Assembly: GCA_002269645.1 (NCBI GenBank)
Contig: NIVC01002517.1
Coordinates: forward strand, 1 to 64,000
Reading direction: 5' to 3'
DNA from: Macrostomum lignano
Lineage: Eukaryota
DNA length: 64,000 bases
The notes beneath the pieces were generated by a model. It ran no database searches. It saw nothing but the letters and a program-made list of their open reading frames with translations, and was not told where the DNA came from. A program made the position numbers and the translations under genes. Every line of letters begins with the position of its first letter. The stretch's first letter is position 1. Of this stretch, positions 58,235 through 64,000 are shown one piece after another.

Positions 58235-61213
58235 TTGTGGGACGATGGAGCCAGTAAGTAGTATAGAAAAAAAGGCGAGCGAAGCGAGAATTTTTTTCTA
58301 TACTGCTTACTTTTGCGAAATCGTCCCTGATAAGATGTGGGCCATATGTCATACACTAAAATGACGTTTTTCAACTTTTAAACGCTGCCAATAAAAAACG
58401 GTACGACCAATTTACAAACGGTTTTTGCCAAAATGCGTCAAAGACTTGGGGCTACCAGAGCCGCAGTGTTTGGTTGCCATAGCGACGCGTTTTGGTTGCC
58501 ATGGCAACCAAAAACTGCGTTTTTTCAACTTTTTCAAAAACTTTGATCTTAATTACAGCGGCAGGAAATTATGGCAGCGCTTAGCGAGTGGGCTCAGTAA
58601 GCGCGGGCATTCAAACGCTACAATGATCCGAAATAGATTTTTTGATTGTACTTTAACGTCTAGGCTAAAAGTACAAAAAACGTGTTTTTTGAGGTCGAAA
58701 AATTGGCATTTTTTCCAACTTTGCCTCACCGCAGCGAAAAGGACGCGCGATAGCGCGGCCTTTGAGCTGCCTCATAGCGTCAATAACACCTGGGGCTGTT
58801 TGATGCGCTATAGTTTTTAGGGCTAAAATGTACTTTTCACATGGCTGCCTATCTGCTGTTTAAAAGTACAAATTTTTAGTGCACTTTTGTGAGGCCTATG
58901 GCGTCGAGATGGAAAACTTTATTTTTGCTGTTTTGCATACCAAATAACTCAAATAGATGTCTTTTAATCGGAAACATCGAGATTTGGCCGATTGGGCCAT
59001 CAATAACCTGCCCAGGTGCCAAAGAGTGCCTAAAAACGACATTTTCGAAAAATTGGGTCACGTTTTTTAAAAGTAGTCCCAAAAAATAAGAAAGTGTTTT
59101 ATGCTACGGTGTTGAGACTTTAACACAACGTGTCAAACATATGGAAATTTGTTTTCCTGAATTTTCTAAGCATTTGGACCTACCTGTGCGGAGCAGTGAC
59201 CCGGAAACCGGGGAAAAAAGAGGCCGGGGGCTCTGCAGAAAATCAGACGTTGTTAAGAAAAATTTTTTAAAATGGGGCGAATTTTTTCGAGTGTAGTGTC
59301 AAATTGTAGCCCATCGGATGCCCTTTTGAATGACATAAGACACTCTGGAAAAAACCCCTGTTAACAGGTACTTTTTACCTGTTAAGTGAAAAACGGCCCA
59401 TTTGGGGGTACAAACTTTGGAGTGGAAAAATAAGAAATTTTGCGCACCGATTTTTCTGCATTTTCAATATTGTTTAGTCGAATAGCTAAAGTTTCACCGG
59501 TCATACGCCAATATGGCTGGAAAAATCGTATTTTTGAGAAAATTGGCTCCGAATTTTGAGTAGGCCATTTTCGGGCAAATTTTGAGCATACTTTTGCTAA
59601 TAACTCTGCATTGGCGAGACCTAGAGACTCAAGTTTGGTGTCTAAAAACAGCACTATGGATGCATTATGCAGCTAAATCAGTTTTGAAAACTGATTCTTA
59701 GGTTAACAGGTCTTAATACCTGTTTGATTACCTGTCAGAACAGGTGAAAATTAATATTTTGGCGCCTAGCAGCCGAAAAATTTGTTGACATAATTTGAAA
59801 ATGCATTGGATGAATGCGCCTTGATGTTATCTCTGTAACGACATGCGACTCGTATTTTTAGGTAGAAGCGTTGCGATGCAACGAGCAGAAATGTATGAAA
59901 AAGCAGCAAAAATGGTAGAAATGGCTGTTATTAGCGATATTCGATATAAAATACGTGTACTATAGGCCAACTTAGTAAGCAATTAGTGGCTCAGTGGCAG
60001 AGTTAGTTTCCATATAATTGAGTCCTGCAGGGTTCGATTCCCAAGAGATCCGAAAATTTTTTAGTTTAAAGTTCTTTTAGAGCAAACAGATTTTTAGTAT
60101 TTTTATTTCTCCAACTATTATGTTTCTTTTACATTACATTTATTTAAATTTATTTTTCTTTTTATACGTATTTAAAGAGTAACAGTGAATCTTTTAGTGC
60201 GGCACCTATGATTGTTAGTGCAAAAAGTATATTACGATACATGTCGGCAAGCAAGTATTTGATGTCTGGTCGTTTAAAGGCTAGAATATAGTTGTACCAC
60301 TATACCACTAGACTAACTAATGCCAGGGGCGTGGGGGGTGGCGAGCCCCCCACTATACCACTAGACTAACAAATGCCAGGGGCGTGGGGGGCGGCCAGCC
60401 CCCAACTATACCACTAGACTAACTAATGCCAGGGGCGTGGGGGGCGGCCAGCCCCCCACTATACCACTAGACTAACTAATGCCAGGGGCGTGGGGGGCGG
60501 CCAGCCCCCCACTATACCACTAGACTAACTAATGCCAGGGGCGTGGGGGGCGGCCAGCCCCCCACTATACCACTTAGACTAACTAATGCCAGGGGCGTGG
60601 GGGGCGGCCAGCCCCCACTATACCACTAGACTAACTAATGCCAGGGGCGTGGGGGCGGCCAGCCCCCCACTATACCACTAGACTAACTAATGCCAGGGGC
60701 GTGGGGGGCGGCCAGCCCCCCACTATACCACTAGACTAACTAATGCCAGGGGCGTGGGGGCGGCCAGCCCCCCACTATACCACTAGACTAACTAATGCCA
60801 GGGGCGTCGGGGGCGTCCAGCCCCCTACTATACCACTAGACTAACTAATGCCAGGGGCGTGGGGGGCGGCCAGCCCCCACTATACCACTATACCACTAGA
60901 CTAACTAATGCCAGGGGCGTGGGGGGCGGCCAGCCCCCACTATACCACTTAGACTAACTAATGCCAGGGGCGTGGGGGCGGCCAGCCCCCCACTATACCA
61001 CTAGACTAACTAATGCCAGGGGCGTGGGGGGCGGCCAGCCCCCACTATACCACTAGACTAACTATACCACTAGACTAACTAATGCCAGGGGCGTGGGGGG
61101 CTTTTTAGCTCTCAATTTAGGTTAAATAAATAGATGTCATAGCCATAAACAATAATGGACACAATATAAACCATCGTCCCACCTTTGAAGACGACAGCGT
61201 CTTCATTCACTAG
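58235..61213 (+). mobile_element. Array unit 4 (2979 bp)
   Basis: Same termini; minisatellite at ~60297-61103 with a short deletion near its end. Confidence 0.75.
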
Positions 61214-64000
61214 TTGTGGGACGATGGAGCCAGTAAGTAGTATAGAAAAAAAGGCGAGCGAAGCGAGAATTTTTTTCTATACTGCTTACTTTTGCGAAAT
61301 CGTCCCTGATAAGATGTGGGCCATATGTCATACACTAAAATGACGTTTTTCAACTTTTAAACGCTGCCAATAAAAAACGGTACGACCAATTTACAAACGG
61401 TTTTTGCCAAAATGCGTCAAAGACTTGGGGCTACCAGAGCCGCAGTGTTTGGTTGCCATAGCGACGCGTTTTGGTTGCCATGGCAACCAAAAACTGCGTT
61501 TTTTCAACTTTTTCAAAAACTTTGATCTTAATTACAGCGGCAGGAAATTATGGCAGCGCTTAGCGAGTGGGCTCAGTAAGCGCGGGCATTCAAACGCTAC
61601 AATGATCCGAAATAGATTTTTTGATTGTACTTTAACGTCTAGGCTAAAAGTACAAAAAACGTGTTTTTTGAGGTCGAAAAATTGGCATTTTTTCCAACTT
61701 TGCCTCACCGCAGCGAAAAGGACGCGCGATAGCGCGGCCTTTGAGCTGCCTCATAGCGTCAATAACACCTGGGGCTGTTTGATGCGCTATAGTTTTTAGG
61801 GCTAAAATGTACTTTTCACATGGCTGCCTATCTGCTGTTTAAAAGTACAAATTTTTAGTGCACTTTTGTGAGGCCTATGGCGTCGAGATGGAAAACTTTA
61901 TTTTTGCTGTTTTGCATACCAAATAACTCAAATAGATGTCTTTTAATCGGAAACATCGAGATTTGGCCGATTGGGCCATCAATAACCTGCCCAGGTGCCA
62001 AAGAGTGCCTAAAAACGACATTTTCGAAAAATTGGGTCACGTTTTTTAAAAGTAGTCCCAAAAAATAAGAAAGTGTTTTATGCTACGGTGTTGAGACTTT
62101 AACACAACGTGTCAAACATATGGAAATTTGTTTTCCTGAATTTTCTAAGCATTTGGACCTACCTGTGCGGAGCAGTGACCCGGAAACCGGGGAAAAAAGA
62201 GGCCGGGGGCTCTGCAGAAAATCAGACGTTGTTAAGAAAAATTTTTTAAAATGGGGCGAATTTTTTCGAGTGTAGTGTCAAATTGTAGCCCATCGGATGC
62301 CCTTTTGAATGACATAAGACACTCTGGAAAAAACCCCTGTTAACAGGTACTTTTTACCTGTTAAGTGAAAAACGGCCCATTTGGGGGTACAAACTTTGGA
62401 GTGGAAAAATAAGAAATTTTGCGCACCGATTTTTCTGCATTTTCAATATTGTTTAGTCGAATAGCTAAAGTTTCACCGGTCATACGCCAATATGGCTGGA
62501 AAATTCGTATTTTTGAGAAAATTGGCTCCGAATTTTGAGTAGGCCATTTTCGGGCAAATTTTGAGCATACTTTTGCTAATAACTCTGCATTGGCGAGACC
62601 TAGAGACTCAAGTTTGGTGTCTAAAAACAGCACTATGGATGCATTATGCAGCTAAATCAGTTTTGAAAACTGATTCTTAGGTTAACAGGTCTTAATACCT
62701 GTTTGATTACCTGTCAGAACAGGTGAAAATTAATATTTTGGCGCCTAGCAGCCGAAAAATTTGTTGACATAATTTGAAAATGCATTGGATGAATGCGCCT
62801 TGATGTTATCTCTGTAACGACATGCGACTCGTATTTTTAGGTAGAAGCGTTGCGATGCAACGAGCAGAAATGTATGAAAAAGCAGCAAAAATGGTAGAAA
62901 TGGCTGTTATTAGCGATATTCGATATAAAATACGTGTACTATAGGCCAACTTAGTAAGCAATTAGTGGCTCAGTGGCAGAGTTAGTTTCCATATAATTGA
63001 GTCCTGCAGGGTTCGATTCCCAAGAGATCCGAAAATTTTTTAGTTTAAAGTTCTTTTAGAGCAAACAGATTTTTAGTATTTTTATTTCTCCAACTATTAT
63101 GTTTCTTTTACATTACATTTATTTAAATTTATTTTTCTTTTTATACGTATTTAAAGAGTAACAGTGAATCTTTTAGTGCGGCACCTATGATTGTTAGTGC
63201 AAAAAGTATATTACGATACATGTCGGCAAGCAAGTATTTGATGTCTGGTCGTTTAAAGGCTAGAATATAGTTGTACCACTATACCACTAGACTAACTAAT
63301 GCCAGGGGCGTGGGGGTGGCGAGCCCCCCACTATACCACTAGACTAACAAATGCCAGGGGCGTGGGGGCGGCCAGCCCCCAACTATACCACTAGACTAAC
63401 TAATGCCAGGGGCGTGGGGGGCGGCCAGCCCCCACTATACCACTAGACTAACTAATGCCAGGGGCGTGGGGGGCGGCCAGCCCCCCACTATACCACTAGA
63501 CTAACTAATGCCAGGGGCGTGGGGGGCGGCCAGCCCCCCACTATACCACTTAGACTAACTAATGCCAGGGGCGTGGGGGGCGGCCAGCCCCCACTATACC
63601 ACTAGACTAACTAATGCCAGGGGCGTGGGGGGCGGCCAGCCCCCACTATACCACTAGACTAACTAATGCCAGGGGCGTGGGGGCGGCCAGCCCCCACTAT
63701 ACCACTAGACTAACTAATGCCAGGGGCGTGGGGGCGGCCAGCCCCCCACTATACCACTAGACTAACTAATGCCAGGGGCGTCGGGGGCGGCCAGCCCCCT
63801 ACTATACCACTAGACTAACTAATGCCAGGGGCGTGGGGGCGGCCAGCCCCCCACTATACCACTATACCACTAGACTAACTAATGCCAGGGGCGTGGGGGG
63901 CGGCCAGCCCCCCACTATACCACTTAGACTAACTAATGCCAGGGGCGTGGGGGGCGGCCAGCCCCCCACTATACCACTAGACTAACTAATGCCAGGGGCG
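61214..64000 (+). mobile_element. Array unit 5, truncated by the window end
   Basis: Same 5' terminus and body; minisatellite from ~63275 to the window end. Confidence 0.75.

Noticed and set aside
46203-64000. rDNA, 5S, histone, snRNA or spliced-leader gene tandem array
   Set aside because: No rRNA, histone or snRNA similarity recognised; the termini instead fit a rolling-circle element.

Overview
Eukaryotic (animal) genomic DNA. GC-rich exons, GT-AG introns packed with minisatellites and tRNA-derived SINEs suggest a flatworm such as Macrostomum (inference, not verified). Three intron-rich genes lie head-to-tail on the + strand: the 3' part of a protocadherin-like gene (1181-4454), a complete Yurt/EPB41L5-like FERM gene (7255-22249, 15 exons, ~802 aa) and a compact myosin light chain kinase-like gene (26677-34607, 9 exons, 340 aa). 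Two single-base frameshifts in short homopolymers are probably sequencing errors. Most large introns and the intergenic regions hold a different minisatellite. Several of these are traceable to parts of a SINE family or to splice-site sequences. Two SINE families are present, one with a MIR-like CORE domain. From 46.2 kb to the window end is a head-to-tail array of at least five ~3-kb non-coding units with the terminal architecture of non-autonomous Helentron/Helitron2 rolling-circle elements. Each unit carries Pol III A/B boxes, RFX X-box palindromes and a central ~52-bp minisatellite. All exon calls were made by eye from splice consensus, phase compatibility and protein motifs.
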